Positions 37,047-47,288 of a stretch of 64,000 nt of DNA are shown piece after piece. The DNA is from Candidatus Omnitrophota bacterium (GTDB taxonomy: Bacteria; Omnitrophota; Gorgyraeia; Tantalellales; Tantalellaceae), in contig JADGBR010000002.1 of NCBI GenBank assembly GCA_015231405.1, positions 4,642 through 68,641 on the forward strand, written 5' to 3'. The position numbers and the translations under genes were made by a program. Numbering within the stretch: position 1 is the stretch's first letter; every line of letters begins with the position of its first letter. The notes beneath the pieces were generated by a model. It saw only the letters and a program-made list of their open reading frames with translations. It was not told where the DNA came from and did not search any database.

Positions 37047-37807
37047 CAATGCTCAACCACCGGGACGCCTTTTGCCTTAAGAACGTTCTTGATATCCCCT
37101 ACTCTGTACCGTTTGTAATGGATCATGGAAGCCACGGTCACCGCGTCAACACCGGTCTCGAGGACAAGATCGGATATATCTTCCGGGGTCTTGGCCCCTC
37201 CGCCGGCGATAACCGGAATATTTACCGCTTGCACGACAGCCTTGACCAGCTCCGTCTCGAACCCCATCGCCGTGCCGTCGCGGTCGACGGACGTGACCAG
37301 TATCTCACCCGCGCCCAGCGAGGCGGCCCTCTTAGCCCAACCGATAGCGTCGATCCCGGTTGTTTCCCTGCCGTTGTCTATGTAGATCTCCCAGCTTTCC
37401 GGCCCTTTCTTCTTTACCTGAAGCGACGCGACCACTGCCTGCGACCCCAGGGCTTCGGCTATTTCAGTTATCAGCTCCGGCCTTTTTACGGCCGCGGTAT
37501 TCACTGCGACCTTATCGGCTCCGCTTTGTAAAAGGGCCCTGGCGTCCTCCACGCTCCTTATTCCACCGCCTACGGTCATAGGTATAAAAATATGTCCGGC
37601 CGCTTCCCTCACGACCTGTGCGATATTGTCCCTACCGTACAAACTGGCGACAGTATCGATATATAAAAGCTCATCAGCGCCCTGCTCGTAATATCTCATG
37701 GCCAACTCGTCCGGCCGTCCCATGATCCTTAATCCGTCAAACCTTATCCCTTTGATGACATTCGGACCTTTTATATCCAATCTGGCTATGATCCTTATTT
37801 TACTCAT
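37046..37807 (-). CDS. hisF: HisF-like cyclase subunit (glycan-locus paralog, WbuZ-like)
   Basis: RIIARLDIK, GADEL, VGGGIRS, GADKV, GAGEILVTSVDRDGT. Confidence 0.9.
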   Translation of the reverse strand: MSKIRIIARLDIKGPNVIKGIRFDGLRIMGRPDELAMRYYEQGADELLYIDTVASLYGRDNIAQVVREAAGHIFIPMTVGGGIRSVEDARALLQSGADKVAVNTAAVKRPELITEIAEALGSQAVVASLQVKKKGPESWEIYIDNGRETTGIDAIGWAKRAASLGAGEILVTSVDRDGTAMGFETELVKAVVQAVNIPVIAGGGAKTPEDISDLVLETGVDAVTVASMIHYKRYRVGDIKNVLKAKGVPVVEH

Positions 37808-37820
37808 TTTCCGGACCTTT

Positions 37821-39581
37821 TCATTTTATAACTTTCCCGTCAAGAAAGAACGAAAGGTTCACCAGCTGCCATATATAAAAAGAATTGTCCTCCCGGGCGC
37901 GCGAGTAAAATTCGTCGCACCGTTGAAAATAGCGGTCCGGAAGGACCTTCTTTTCCTTAAGGAGCGCGACCCTGTCGAATACCCACTTTTTAAGTTTACC
38001 CCTGAACCACAGGGTCTGAGGCGTTACTACGGAACGTTTCGGGACGGAATATACGTCCTTGAGGTATCTTTTAATTATCATCCGGAGCGGGTATTTATTG
38101 AGCCCCAGCTTGAACTTCTCTTCATGCCCGAGCGCGAGCCCGTAGGAAAGCACGTTGTGGTCGAGTAGCGGGAACCTTATTTCCCGGCCGCATGCCATGG
38201 ACGCCCTGTCGTGGAACCTCAGCGTCCGGGGTATCTTGTTCACCATTATGTCGTGGACCTGTATGGTCCGTAACCAGTCCATGAACATCACCGCCGGTTC
38301 GCCGCTCCTTTCCCTGAAATCCGTTAGGTCCATATGCGCGGTGAACCCCGAAGCTATGAGCCGAGTCGCTATATCCTTCACTTTTACAATATCCGTATTA
38401 TTCGCTTTTAAAAGGGCGTCCAGAAGCTCTTTGTTCTCCCCCGACAGGACAAGATCATACATCGCCATATACGCGTGATATAGGTACCCCCCGAAAGTCT
38501 CGTCGCCTCCCTGTCCCTCGATCGAAACTATAAAGCCCGATTCTCTCTCTTGCCTGTTAAGTTTAAGATACGCTATCACCGGTACCCCCGCGTAAGGCTC
38601 GTCCTCATAATACGCGAGTTCGCCCGCGAGAGCGGGCACCTCTTCGGGGCTTAGGATAACACGCCTTGTTTCAACACCTATGCTATCGCAGTATTTCGCA
38701 GCCAGGGATGACTCGTCGACCTCTTCCTCGGAGAACGCCATGGTATAAGCTACTATGGGGTAATCCCATCCCCATACCTCTTTAGTCTTTAGTAGCAGCG
38801 CCGTACTGTCCGTCCCGCCGCTGTAATGGAGGGAAATTGGGACGTCGCTCCTGAGCCTTAACCGGATAGAGTCTGACAGGAGCTCCTCATATCTCTCAGG
38901 GTAAAGAGAGGTACCCGACAACTTCCTGGTTTCTTCGCATATATCGAAGTATCTAGACTCCGTTATGTCCCCGTCTGAGAAGCGGACCATAGTAGAAGCC
39001 TGTACCTGCCTGATATTATCGAAAAACGTCTCTCTCCCCGAGGGGTAGATACCAAGGTCCAGATAATCCGTGACCTTTTCGCTCTTTACAGACAGGCCGG
39101 CTATCCCTTTAAAACTTTTGATTTCGGAAGAAAAGAAAAATGAACCTCCGTCGTGGAAATAATAGAGCGGTTTAACGCCGAACCTGTCCCTTACAAGGGT
39201 CAGCGTCTTATAACGGATATCGTACATAGCGATGGCGAACATGCCGTTAAGCATCTCCAGCCTCTCAAGGCCATATCTGGAGAGGAATTCCGCCAGGACC
39301 CGGGTATCGCCGTGCGCGGACAGCTCCGGATCACCCATATATTCCGCTATTTCCTTGTAGTTGTAGATCTCGCCGTTATAAGCCAAAATGATCCTATTAT
39401 CAAGTGATACCATGGGCTGATGAGCGAACTTCTCCTCGCCGAGTATGGCCAGCCTAAAGTGTTTGATATATATGTTACCGGAGGAATATTCCCCTTCCGA
39501 ATCCGGCCCCCTGTGCGAGAGCCCGCCAGGCCACTTCACCTCACGGGGATCCCTTCCTATAACACCGTAAAATCCGCACAT
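37821..39581 (-). CDS. asnB: Asparagine synthase (glutamine-hydrolysing) family amidotransferase
   Basis: MCG start, HRGPD, NGEIYN, RDRFGVKPLYY, SGGTDS, GQGGDE, RFPLLD. Confidence 0.92.
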   Translation of the reverse strand: MCGFYGVIGRDPREVKWPGGLSHRGPDSEGEYSSGNIYIKHFRLAILGEEKFAHQPMVSLDNRIILAYNGEIYNYKEIAEYMGDPELSAHGDTRVLAEFLSRYGLERLEMLNGMFAIAMYDIRYKTLTLVRDRFGVKPLYYFHDGGSFFFSSEIKSFKGIAGLSVKSEKVTDYLDLGIYPSGRETFFDNIRQVQASTMVRFSDGDITESRYFDICEETRKLSGTSLYPERYEELLSDSIRLRLRSDVPISLHYSGGTDSTALLLKTKEVWGWDYPIVAYTMAFSEEEVDESSLAAKYCDSIGVETRRVILSPEEVPALAGELAYYEDEPYAGVPVIAYLKLNRQERESGFIVSIEGQGGDETFGGYLYHAYMAMYDLVLSGENKELLDALLKANNTDIVKVKDIATRLIASGFTAHMDLTDFRERSGEPAVMFMDWLRTIQVHDIMVNKIPRTLRFHDRASMACGREIRFPLLDHNVLSYGLALGHEEKFKLGLNKYPLRMIIKRYLKDVYSVPKRSVVTPQTLWFRGKLKKWVFDRVALLKEKKVLPDRYFQRCDEFYSRAREDNSFYIWQLVNLSFFLDGKVIK

Positions 39582-39586
39582 ATGTC

Positions 39587-41440
39587 CTATTTTCCTTTAA
39601 AAATATCGTACCATCGCAGGAACACGAATACCCTGAACCAGGACTCTGCCCTTTCGGCGTTCCGGCCGGCCAGGTCGCTCCTAAAAAGCTCACGGGCTCC
39701 TTTCACTAAAAAACCCGGCCCGACCGGCGAGGTAGGATCAAGAATATCCAGAAGCTCGTCTTTCAATACCGTGTACATGAAATGGGAGTTGTTCCCGGGC
39801 CTCGGACTTTTGCTTTTCCTTCCGGTAACGCCCTCAGGCAGATGCCCTGTCATGGCTCTTCTTAGCATTGATTTATTCATCCCGCCGGCCATGAACTCCG
39901 AGTAATCGTATTTGAATACCTCTTCGAGAAGTATATGGTCGAGCATAGGGACCCTCGCCTCTATACCGAAAGCCATAGAGTTCCTGTCTTCCATCCGTAA
40001 CACATACGGGAGGTCCCTGACGAAGAGGTGCTGCCTGAGGTGCTCAACGAAACAATTGCCGCTGTCGCCGGTCCCGGGATAATGGGATATCTTTGCGACT
40101 AGAGAATGCTCAGCCTTGAAATCGGCGTCAAGGATATCATAGGCGGTGGTATTTTCCTGCGCCGTCTGTTTGCTTCTTATCGCCCCTTTGTACTTCAGCA
40201 GATTATCTTCGATAATGTCACGTGGTATACCCATGAACGACACGGCCCCACTCAAAGCAGCGTCGTACTCCGATCTCCGGCCATCCTTCAAAAGGCTGTA
40301 CAAAAAAGGATACAATAACCTCCTGTAGCCTCCAAATACTTCGTCCCCTCCTTCTCCCACTAGTAGGACCTTTATCCCCTTTTCCGACACTTTTTTCCTG
40401 AGCAGATACTGATAGATACAGCTGGAGGACTGGAATGGCTCATCGTGCGTACTAAGCACGTCGCCGAAAACTCCGGAAAGACATTTCAGATCCATATCGA
40501 GATAGCTATGGGTTATCCCCGTATATCGCGCGGTCTCATCGATCCAGAACGACTCATCGATCGTCTCGGGAGGGATCACGCTGAAAGCCCTTATTTGTTC
40601 CGGACTCGCGGCCGATTTCGCGGCTAAAGCTACTATCGAGCTTGAATCCATTCCCCCGCTCAAGGTAGCGGCCAGAGGCACATCCGACCTGAGATGGAGC
40701 GAAACCGCACGCGAAAATATATCAAGAAAACCTTCTCGCTCGAACTTCCTCGCCCCCTCATATTTTAAGGACCAATATTTGACCACGGACCTGGCGTCGA
40801 CGTTTATCTTGACATAGGAAGCGGGTGGCACCTGGACAATATCTTTGAAGAACGTGCGACTGGTATCATCCGCCCACCCTTTGGCTAAATACCGGAAGAC
40901 GGTCTCCTCATCTATCCCCGGGCCGTCTCCCAGATATTCCAGCAGGCATTTAATTTCGGACGCGAAGAGCGTCGTCCCGCCGCCGGAATACAAAAAGAGC
41001 GGTTTTATCCCGACCCTGTCCCGAAAAAGATGCAGTTCTTTTGACGCCCGGTCCCATACCGCGAAAGCGAACATGCCCCTTAATCCCAGAACACCTTCCG
41101 GCCCGTATTCCTGGAAATGTCTCAAAAGAACTTCCGTGTCGGAAGAAGTCCTGAACACGTGGCCCGAAAGAGCCAATCTTTCCCTGAGTTCCGGATGGTT
41201 GTATATCTCGCCGTTGAACACCAGAACATATCTTCCGTCGTCCGAAAGCATTGGCTGATGGCCGTTATAGCTGGTATCGATTATGCTGAGCCTGCGAAAA
41301 TACACAGAGTAGAAACTGTCCGACCAGCATCCCTCGTCGTCAGGACCGCGGTGAATTATTTTTCGACCCGATCTCACGACATCAACCTTTCGGGCTTCCA
41401 TGCCGCCGTCGCGACACATTACGCCGAAAAAACCGCACAT
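39587..41440 (-). CDS. asnB: Asparagine synthase (glutamine-hydrolysing) family amidotransferase
   Basis: MCG start, HRGPD, FNGEIYN, SDTEV, LSGGMDSS, GEGGDE, DRNSMAFGIEARVPMLD. Confidence 0.93.
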   Translation of the reverse strand: MCGFFGVMCRDGGMEARKVDVVRSGRKIIHRGPDDEGCWSDSFYSVYFRRLSIIDTSYNGHQPMLSDDGRYVLVFNGEIYNHPELRERLALSGHVFRTSSDTEVLLRHFQEYGPEGVLGLRGMFAFAVWDRASKELHLFRDRVGIKPLFLYSGGGTTLFASEIKCLLEYLGDGPGIDEETVFRYLAKGWADDTSRTFFKDIVQVPPASYVKINVDARSVVKYWSLKYEGARKFEREGFLDIFSRAVSLHLRSDVPLAATLSGGMDSSSIVALAAKSAASPEQIRAFSVIPPETIDESFWIDETARYTGITHSYLDMDLKCLSGVFGDVLSTHDEPFQSSSCIYQYLLRKKVSEKGIKVLLVGEGGDEVFGGYRRLLYPFLYSLLKDGRRSEYDAALSGAVSFMGIPRDIIEDNLLKYKGAIRSKQTAQENTTAYDILDADFKAEHSLVAKISHYPGTGDSGNCFVEHLRQHLFVRDLPYVLRMEDRNSMAFGIEARVPMLDHILLEEVFKYDYSEFMAGGMNKSMLRRAMTGHLPEGVTGRKSKSPRPGNNSHFMYTVLKDELLDILDPTSPVGPGFLVKGARELFRSDLAGRNAERAESWFRVFVFLRWYDIFKGK

Positions 41441-42370
41441 TTATTTGGCCCCATGGACCCTGTCCAATTCGTCGTATTTTGCGATAATAACCTGGGGGTC
41501 CTCGCGTTTACCGGACTCTATAATGTCAAGAAATTCACTCCCGGAAGGGATATCCGAGACTTTCCCGATGGAGTATATGCCGCCGGGCCTGGTCGGTCCA
41601 CAAATAGGCTCATCGGTAGTCATAAAAGGCTTCCAACCGTGTTTCATCATGATAAGCTCTATTGAATTAAAGGTGAAATACCTGTGGTGGTTATGGTTAA
41701 AATACACCCGTGAAGCGCTCTGGGGATGACCCCTGCCTTCCAGCAAAAGAAGCCCCTCTCCGGATGAGGCCTTCCGGCATAGTCGAAGCGTCAAGTTGGG
41801 GTCAAAAACATGCTCCAACGACCCGAGTATCATTATAAAATCGTACCTGCCTTCGGAGAGGACCATCTCCTCCGCCCCGACCGCTTCTACCGGCAGACCC
41901 ATTTTTTCCCTTCCGTACCTGACAAAACCGATATCGGGATCCGTACCGTATGCGTCCCATCCGCGTTCAATAAAAGGAATAAGCATCGTCCCTACCGAGC
42001 ACCCCACATCCAGCACCGCCCCGCGCTCGGGAAAATACCTCTCGAGCCTTTTAAAGAGAAGCCGGCCTCTTTCCTTCTGGTCCTCTATAAAGGCCTGGTC
42101 CGGATCGGGGGCTCCTTTCACGACGTTCCGGTAGAACAGAGAGTAATAATCGTCATAGAATTTTTTATTGAACCGCGGACCTTGAAAAAGGTATCCGCAT
42201 CTTTTGCAGCTTACTACCGGCAGTTTACCGAAAGCGTCCTTTCCTATCGATATGATCTCGCGTACCGTAACGAGATCCTTCGATCCGCAGATCTCGCAGG
42301 GAATATTCTCGGCCGTGTATTTCCCCTTCATGCCGAGATGCTCCAGATATTCCGAGAGATATTTCTCCAT
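41441..42370 (-). CDS. Class I SAM methyltransferase with N-terminal CxxC...CxxC zinc ribbon
   Basis: CEICG...CKRCG, VLDVGCSVG, SLEHVFDP. Confidence 0.88.
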   Translation of the reverse strand: MEKYLSEYLEHLGMKGKYTAENIPCEICGSKDLVTVREIISIGKDAFGKLPVVSCKRCGYLFQGPRFNKKFYDDYYSLFYRNVVKGAPDPDQAFIEDQKERGRLLFKRLERYFPERGAVLDVGCSVGTMLIPFIERGWDAYGTDPDIGFVRYGREKMGLPVEAVGAEEMVLSEGRYDFIMILGSLEHVFDPNLTLRLCRKASSGEGLLLLEGRGHPQSASRVYFNHNHHRYFTFNSIELIMMKHGWKPFMTTDEPICGPTRPGGIYSIGKVSDIPSGSEFLDIIESGKREDPQVIIAKYDELDRVHGAK

Positions 42371-42379
42371 AACACCCCT

Positions 42380-43108
42380 TTATTTAACGCACAAAAAACC
42401 CTCAAAACTGACATATTTGAACACGGTCATTACGTCGACGAAACCCGCTCTTTTATAGAGATCTAGGTTCCCCTGCGTCGAGAACGGCTCGAGGACCCCC
42501 TTAAGGCTCCTGGATTTGGCTATTATCTCTTCGGGCGAATATTTCTGCTCGAGCTTGAAATCGGTGTAAATGGCGGTCATCATATCCTGGAACCTGGCGT
42601 CCGGGGCCCGGACCTTTTCGAATATAAGAAAAGCGCCTCCCCAGTTAAGCGCTTTATAAATTTTGTCGATCAGGGCCTGGCGCAGCCTGGGAGGTATGAA
42701 CTGTATAGTGTAATAGGATATGATAAGGTCCGCCGGCTGAAATTCGTAAAGGTTCACATCCTCTACAGCCAGCTCGACGTTCTTCATCTTGTTCCCGTTC
42801 GCTCTCATTTCCTCTTTCGCCCGGGAGACCATTTCCCCTTCAGAGTCCAGCCCCACCCATTTGACCGAGGGTTTATGCCTCCTGGAAAGTTTATCTATCA
42901 GGGTTCCAGTGGATACTCCGAGCTCATAGCACACTGATCCGGGCTTGACAAAAAAATCGCTTATTTTGGCCACAAGATCATGTCCCTCGTCGTAAAAAGG
43001 AACCGACCTCCTGACGTGGCCGCTGAACGTTTTTGCCGTATCGCTCCCGAAAGTCCATGAAGCGTTATCGGCTATTATCCCTTCCCCCACGTCCATTTTC
43101 TTTTTCAT
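42380..43108 (-). CDS. CmoA-like SAM-dependent methyltransferase
   Basis: F..HVRRSVPFY, ELGVSTG, YTIQF, FEKV, FK..Q.YS.EEI; start set at ATG 43108. Confidence 0.82.
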   Translation of the reverse strand: MKKKMDVGEGIIADNASWTFGSDTAKTFSGHVRRSVPFYDEGHDLVAKISDFFVKPGSVCYELGVSTGTLIDKLSRRHKPSVKWVGLDSEGEMVSRAKEEMRANGNKMKNVELAVEDVNLYEFQPADLIISYYTIQFIPPRLRQALIDKIYKALNWGGAFLIFEKVRAPDARFQDMMTAIYTDFKLEQKYSPEEIIAKSRSLKGVLEPFSTQGNLDLYKRAGFVDVMTVFKYVSFEGFLCVK

Positions 43109-43122
43109 ATTCTCACCCCTCT

Positions 43123-44358
43123 TTAATAGAACACCGCGTGCCTGAGCTTCCACGTCCCCCGGTCCTCAACCCAGAGGTGCGGGGACCGCGCGGAATCTAT
43201 ACGTTCCAGGAACATCTCCTCGCTTATGCCCATGTAATGCAGGAATTCCCCATAGAATTTTGAAGGGAATTCGTGATCGTATTTTCTCACAAGAGCCACG
43301 CCTTCTTCCCTGTTTATCTTGTGGTTCCGTATTTCCTGGGCGGCGTCCATTGTGGCCCTACCCAGTCCGAACTTAATATAGCTTGTGTAATAATGGAACG
43401 GATCGGTCTTGTCGTCTATACTCGCGTATTTGGAATACGTCCCCTCCGTTCTTTCGACGTTCCCCTCGAAACCCGTATTCTCGACGGCATAATAATACGC
43501 CTCCTGCGGGTCCCACTTGATGTAATAACCCAGGAACTTGTATTCCATGGGAAATGAGCCCAGCTCCTTATCCGTTAGAGGCATATACATAGCCAGGTCG
43601 TTCATGTCAAGGCCGTGCTCCTTTACTAGATCTTTTACGCTGACACCGCCTAAATAAATGGAAGCCGGATCGGAACTTTCAGAACAAAAATATTTTTTCC
43701 TGAACCCGCTTTCCTCGGTCTCCTTGAGGCTCGAGCATCCATACTCAAAAGGGCTCTCCCCGTGAAAAATAAGAGGTATATTGAACTTCATAGCTATCCG
43801 AAGGCCGGCGAACCTCTGCCCGAAAACAAAAGGCTGGAACGGATGGAGCAGATTAACAAAGGCCAGCTTCGTGAGAAGACTATGGACCTTTCCGTTAGGC
43901 GTTATGAGTATATTGTCGAACCCGGAATGTATCCAGCTCTGGAAATTCTTCCACCCGATATCGCTGTAGATATGGGGAGCCCAGGTGACCGTAAGAGGAT
44001 GCATTCCGTATTTGTTCTTGAGTATATGGGAAGCGAACCCGCTGTCCTTGCCGCCGCTTCCGGGCACTACGCAATCGTATCTCCCGTCACCGGACCTGTA
44101 CCTGTCGAGAAGATCGATAAGCCCTTTCTCGCGTTTTCCCCAATCTATCGAGCTGTCTTTCATCTCCGCGTACCGGCACGCGGAACAGACCCCTTCCTCG
44201 TCAAAGAAAGTCGTTTCCTGTGGCGTGTTCGGAGTATATTTTATCTCGGGTTTAGGCTGCGGCCTCTGGTTTGACAGCACGCATTTTTTGCAGAATTTCA
44301 CCTCGGCCGGCAGGCCGTACTTGACCAATAATCCATCCTTCGTCATGGTATCGCTCAT
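43123..44358 (-). CDS. N-acetyl sugar amidotransferase (PseA/WbuX-like, PP-loop)
   Basis: CKKC..SNQRP, CSAC, SGGKDS, HPLTVTW, GTYSKYASIDD, KFGLGRA; ATG 44358 overlaps the neuA stop. Confidence 0.9.
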   Translation of the reverse strand: MSDTMTKDGLLVKYGLPAEVKFCKKCVLSNQRPQPKPEIKYTPNTPQETTFFDEEGVCSACRYAEMKDSSIDWGKREKGLIDLLDRYRSGDGRYDCVVPGSGGKDSGFASHILKNKYGMHPLTVTWAPHIYSDIGWKNFQSWIHSGFDNILITPNGKVHSLLTKLAFVNLLHPFQPFVFGQRFAGLRIAMKFNIPLIFHGESPFEYGCSSLKETEESGFRKKYFCSESSDPASIYLGGVSVKDLVKEHGLDMNDLAMYMPLTDKELGSFPMEYKFLGYYIKWDPQEAYYYAVENTGFEGNVERTEGTYSKYASIDDKTDPFHYYTSYIKFGLGRATMDAAQEIRNHKINREEGVALVRKYDHEFPSKFYGEFLHYMGISEEMFLERIDSARSPHLWVEDRGTWKLRHAVFY

Positions 44359-45086
44359 ATCGCCCTTTTTCCTTTTTTCCGTATCATGTATTCGGCCTTC
44401 CGCCAATCGTCCATATCGTCTATATTCACGGACCTCTCTTCGGGCATTATATACGCCAGGGTCCTTTTCCCGAATATCGAACCCGTCTTAACGAAAACTT
44501 CCGTCCGGAACGCGTAGACGGCGCCGTTCCTGACATATGTGATCCCAAGGTCCTGCCTTGCCTTGGCGACCTTATCCCACGGGATACCGGTAAAGGGAAC
44601 AATGGATCCGTCTTTATTGACTACCATCTGCCAGGCAGGATTGTATTGCCGCGGTATCGCGGCGACGCTCACGACTGAATCGACAGGAGAGCAAAGAAGC
44701 ATATCGACGCATTTATCTATATCACGGTTTGTTCTGAACGGCGCGGTAGGCTGAAGGATAACGGTTATACCCGGCCGGTATGACCCTCCATCTTCCAGGA
44801 ACTTAAGACAATGAGCTATATATTCCCTTGCGGGAGAGCGGTCACGCGCGAACCTTTTTGGCCTCATAAAAGGCACCTCGACACCAGAACGGCGTCCGAT
44901 ATCGGCTATCTCCATATCATCCGTGCTCAGTATGATCCTGTCCAGCCTGCCGCTTTTTTTAGCTTCGTTAAAAGTGTATCCGATAAGCGGCTTACCGCCC
45001 AAAAGCCGTATGTTCTTCTTCCTGATACCCTTCGACCCTCCCCGGGCCGGAACGATACCAAGCACTTTAACATCCTTTTTTGACAT
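44355..45086 (-). CDS. neuA: Acylneuraminate (nonulosonate) cytidylyltransferase
   Basis: PARGGSKGIRKKN, STDD, LQPTAPFR, NGAVY, SVNIDD. Confidence 0.92.
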   Translation of the reverse strand: MSKKDVKVLGIVPARGGSKGIRKKNIRLLGGKPLIGYTFNEAKKSGRLDRIILSTDDMEIADIGRRSGVEVPFMRPKRFARDRSPAREYIAHCLKFLEDGGSYRPGITVILQPTAPFRTNRDIDKCVDMLLCSPVDSVVSVAAIPRQYNPAWQMVVNKDGSIVPFTGIPWDKVAKARQDLGITYVRNGAVYAFRTEVFVKTGSIFGKRTLAYIMPEERSVNIDDMDDWRKAEYMIRKKGKRAI

Positions 45087-45109
45087 CCCGCACCTTTATT
45101 CTGAATGGT

Positions 45110-46267
45110 TCAATACGTATATTTCTTTTTCAGGTAAAGATCCACTTTTTCAAGATGCCCGGCTATCCTTTTGCCAGCCTGGCCGTCACCGAATATAGTC
45201 TCGGACTCGTAAGGGCCGTGTTTTATCTGGGCTTTGACCTTTGCCCTTATTTCGTGGGCGTCATATCCGGATAAGACTACGTTACGGCCGTGCTCCCTTC
45301 CTTCCTGCCTGTCGCCGACGATCACCGCCGGAGTGCCGAGGAACGAGCCTTCCCTGATAAATGAGCTGCTGTTACCGACGAGACACTCCGCTCCGGCGAG
45401 AAGTTTAGCGTATATTTCAGGTGAAAAATTTATGTGATACGAAAAATCCCCGTTCCGGTGCCGCTCGTGGAACTCCCTGATCATTTTTGAGACGTCGTCG
45501 CTCCCGGCGTCCGCGTTCGGCCAGAGGAGGATCTTCTGCATAGGGATAGACTCAAGAGCCTTCAATGTTTCAGAAACCTGTTCAGCCCCGGCCCCGAATG
45601 ATGTGGTTACGGGATGCTGCACCATCATAATATATTTTTTACGCGGCAGAAAAGGCCTGCCGGTGCCTCTTTCCCTGAAATATTCGTTTGTAAGCGGGTC
45701 ACGGCCCATGTTAGCGAGGATATCTATCGAAGGACATCCCGTCATAAAGACCCTGGACGGGTCTTCGCCCATTTTCATTATCCGCTCGGCGCTTTGTTGA
45801 GTGGACGGAAAATGGTAATGGGCGAGTTTGGTGATAGCGTGCCTCACGGAATCATCTATATTTCCGGATACCTCCCCGCCCTGTACATGCGCGAGGGGAA
45901 TATTAAGATAGCTTGACGCTATCGCCGTTGCCATGGTCTCATACCTGTCGGCGACAGTCAGCACCACGTCCGGCGCCAGCTCCCCAAAGGCGGTCGAAAG
46001 CTCGATTATCCCCATCCCGGTGGACTTCGCCTGCGTCGTCAGGTTCTCTCCCTCGACAAGATAATGTATCCGCCAATCGGGCTTAAACCCGTCGGCCATC
46101 ATTACGTCCACGGCCCTTCCGAACTTGTATAAAAGCGCCGAAGCACCGACTATGAGTTGGAGTTCGAGCCTATCGCTCTCCTTCACGGCCTTAAGAAAAT
46201 ATTTTATCCTGGCGTAATTAGCCCTGGAGGCGACAACTACGCAGATCTTTCTTCGCTTATTTTTCAT
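45110..46267 (-). CDS. neuC: UDP/GDP-N-acetylglucosamine 2-epimerase (hydrolysing)
   Basis: SRANY, ADRYE, HVQGGEVSGNIDDSVRHAITKLAH, GNSSS, GDRQ. Confidence 0.92.
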   Translation of the reverse strand: MKNKRRKICVVVASRANYARIKYFLKAVKESDRLELQLIVGASALLYKFGRAVDVMMADGFKPDWRIHYLVEGENLTTQAKSTGMGIIELSTAFGELAPDVVLTVADRYETMATAIASSYLNIPLAHVQGGEVSGNIDDSVRHAITKLAHYHFPSTQQSAERIMKMGEDPSRVFMTGCPSIDILANMGRDPLTNEYFRERGTGRPFLPRKKYIMMVQHPVTTSFGAGAEQVSETLKALESIPMQKILLWPNADAGSDDVSKMIREFHERHRNGDFSYHINFSPEIYAKLLAGAECLVGNSSSFIREGSFLGTPAVIVGDRQEGREHGRNVVLSGYDAHEIRAKVKAQIKHGPYESETIFGDGQAGKRIAGHLEKVDLYLKKKYTY

Positions 46268-47288
46268 ACAGCCACTCTTCTTTCAAAAAACTATCCTTTT
46301 TGATATCCTTAGACACGGTCCTTCCTATGACCTTCATCGTATCCCCTGACGGTATCCCTCTACCCCCGGGTTTCCTGTCATCGAGGTCCGCTAACCGGAC
46401 CCTTTCACCTTTTTTCATGTCCCTGTTCACCGAAAGGGACTTGCCGAACATGCTCTTAAGCTCTGAATATACTGAACTATCGTCCTTATCCACGGGATTG
46501 GCCATCATCCTCTCAATGAACCGGATCCCTTTCACAAGTTCCCTGAATTGACCTATGGTAAGAGAAGCCTTCGAATCCGGGCCGAACATGTCCTTGTCGA
46601 ACACGGCGTGGCATTCGATAAGGTCCGCGCCCAGGCTGACCGCCGCAAGGGACGGGTAAACCTCGCCTGAATGGTCCGACAAACCCGTTCTTAAGCCGAA
46701 CCTTTTTTTCATTTCGGGGATGACGTTCAACCCTACCATCTCCGCTTTCACCGGATAAGCGGTAGAACACTGGAACAGCGCCAGTTTCTCGGGCGGATAT
46801 CCTATGAATTCGACGGTTCGGCTAATATCGCCGAAAGAGCTCATTCCCGTCGACAACCATATCTCCTTCCCCGTCCTTTTCACGTAGTCTAGCATTAAAA
46901 AATTCCCGGTTTCGCCCGAAGCTATCTTGTAACGTTTAACGCCAAGCCCTTCCAGCATTTTGACGGCAGATACGGAGAACGGGGATGACAGGAACTCCAT
47001 ACCTTTCTCTTCACAATGCTTCTTGATACCGGCCCACTGGTCCGGCGAAAAGGACATTCTTTTCCAGTAATCATACCTGGTCTTATCGGCATAGCTGAAA
47101 GGCACCCTGAAGACCTCGTATTCCGAACTTTCCTTTTCGGCTATATGCGTCTGGAACTTAACCATATCCACACCCGTCCCGGCGAGAGCGTCTATGTAAG
47201 AATGGAGTATACCCAGGCTCCCGTCATGCGCCTGGGCTATTTCGGCGATTATCAGGATTTTTCCATTTTTATTCGTCAACGCCGTCAT
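46257..47288 (-). CDS. neuB: N-acylneuraminate (nonulosonate) synthase with C-terminal SAF domain
   Basis: IIAEIAQAHDG, VKFQ, SSPF, KIAS, STGMS, GLSDH, ECH; start set at ATG 47288. Confidence 0.93.
   Translation of the reverse strand: MTALTNKNGKILIIAEIAQAHDGSLGILHSYIDALAGTGVDMVKFQTHIAEKESSEYEVFRVPFSYADKTRYDYWKRMSFSPDQWAGIKKHCEEKGMEFLSSPFSVSAVKMLEGLGVKRYKIASGETGNFLMLDYVKRTGKEIWLSTGMSSFGDISRTVEFIGYPPEKLALFQCSTAYPVKAEMVGLNVIPEMKKRFGLRTGLSDHSGEVYPSLAAVSLGADLIECHAVFDKDMFGPDSKASLTIGQFRELVKGIRFIERMMANPVDKDDSSVYSELKSMFGKSLSVNRDMKKGERVRLADLDDRKPGGRGIPSGDTMKVIGRTVSKDIKKDSFLKEEWLYEK

Noticed and set aside
36411-37807. Histidine biosynthesis operon
   Set aside because: No other his genes; the pair accompanies a PseA/WbuX-type amidotransferase, as known for glycan loci.
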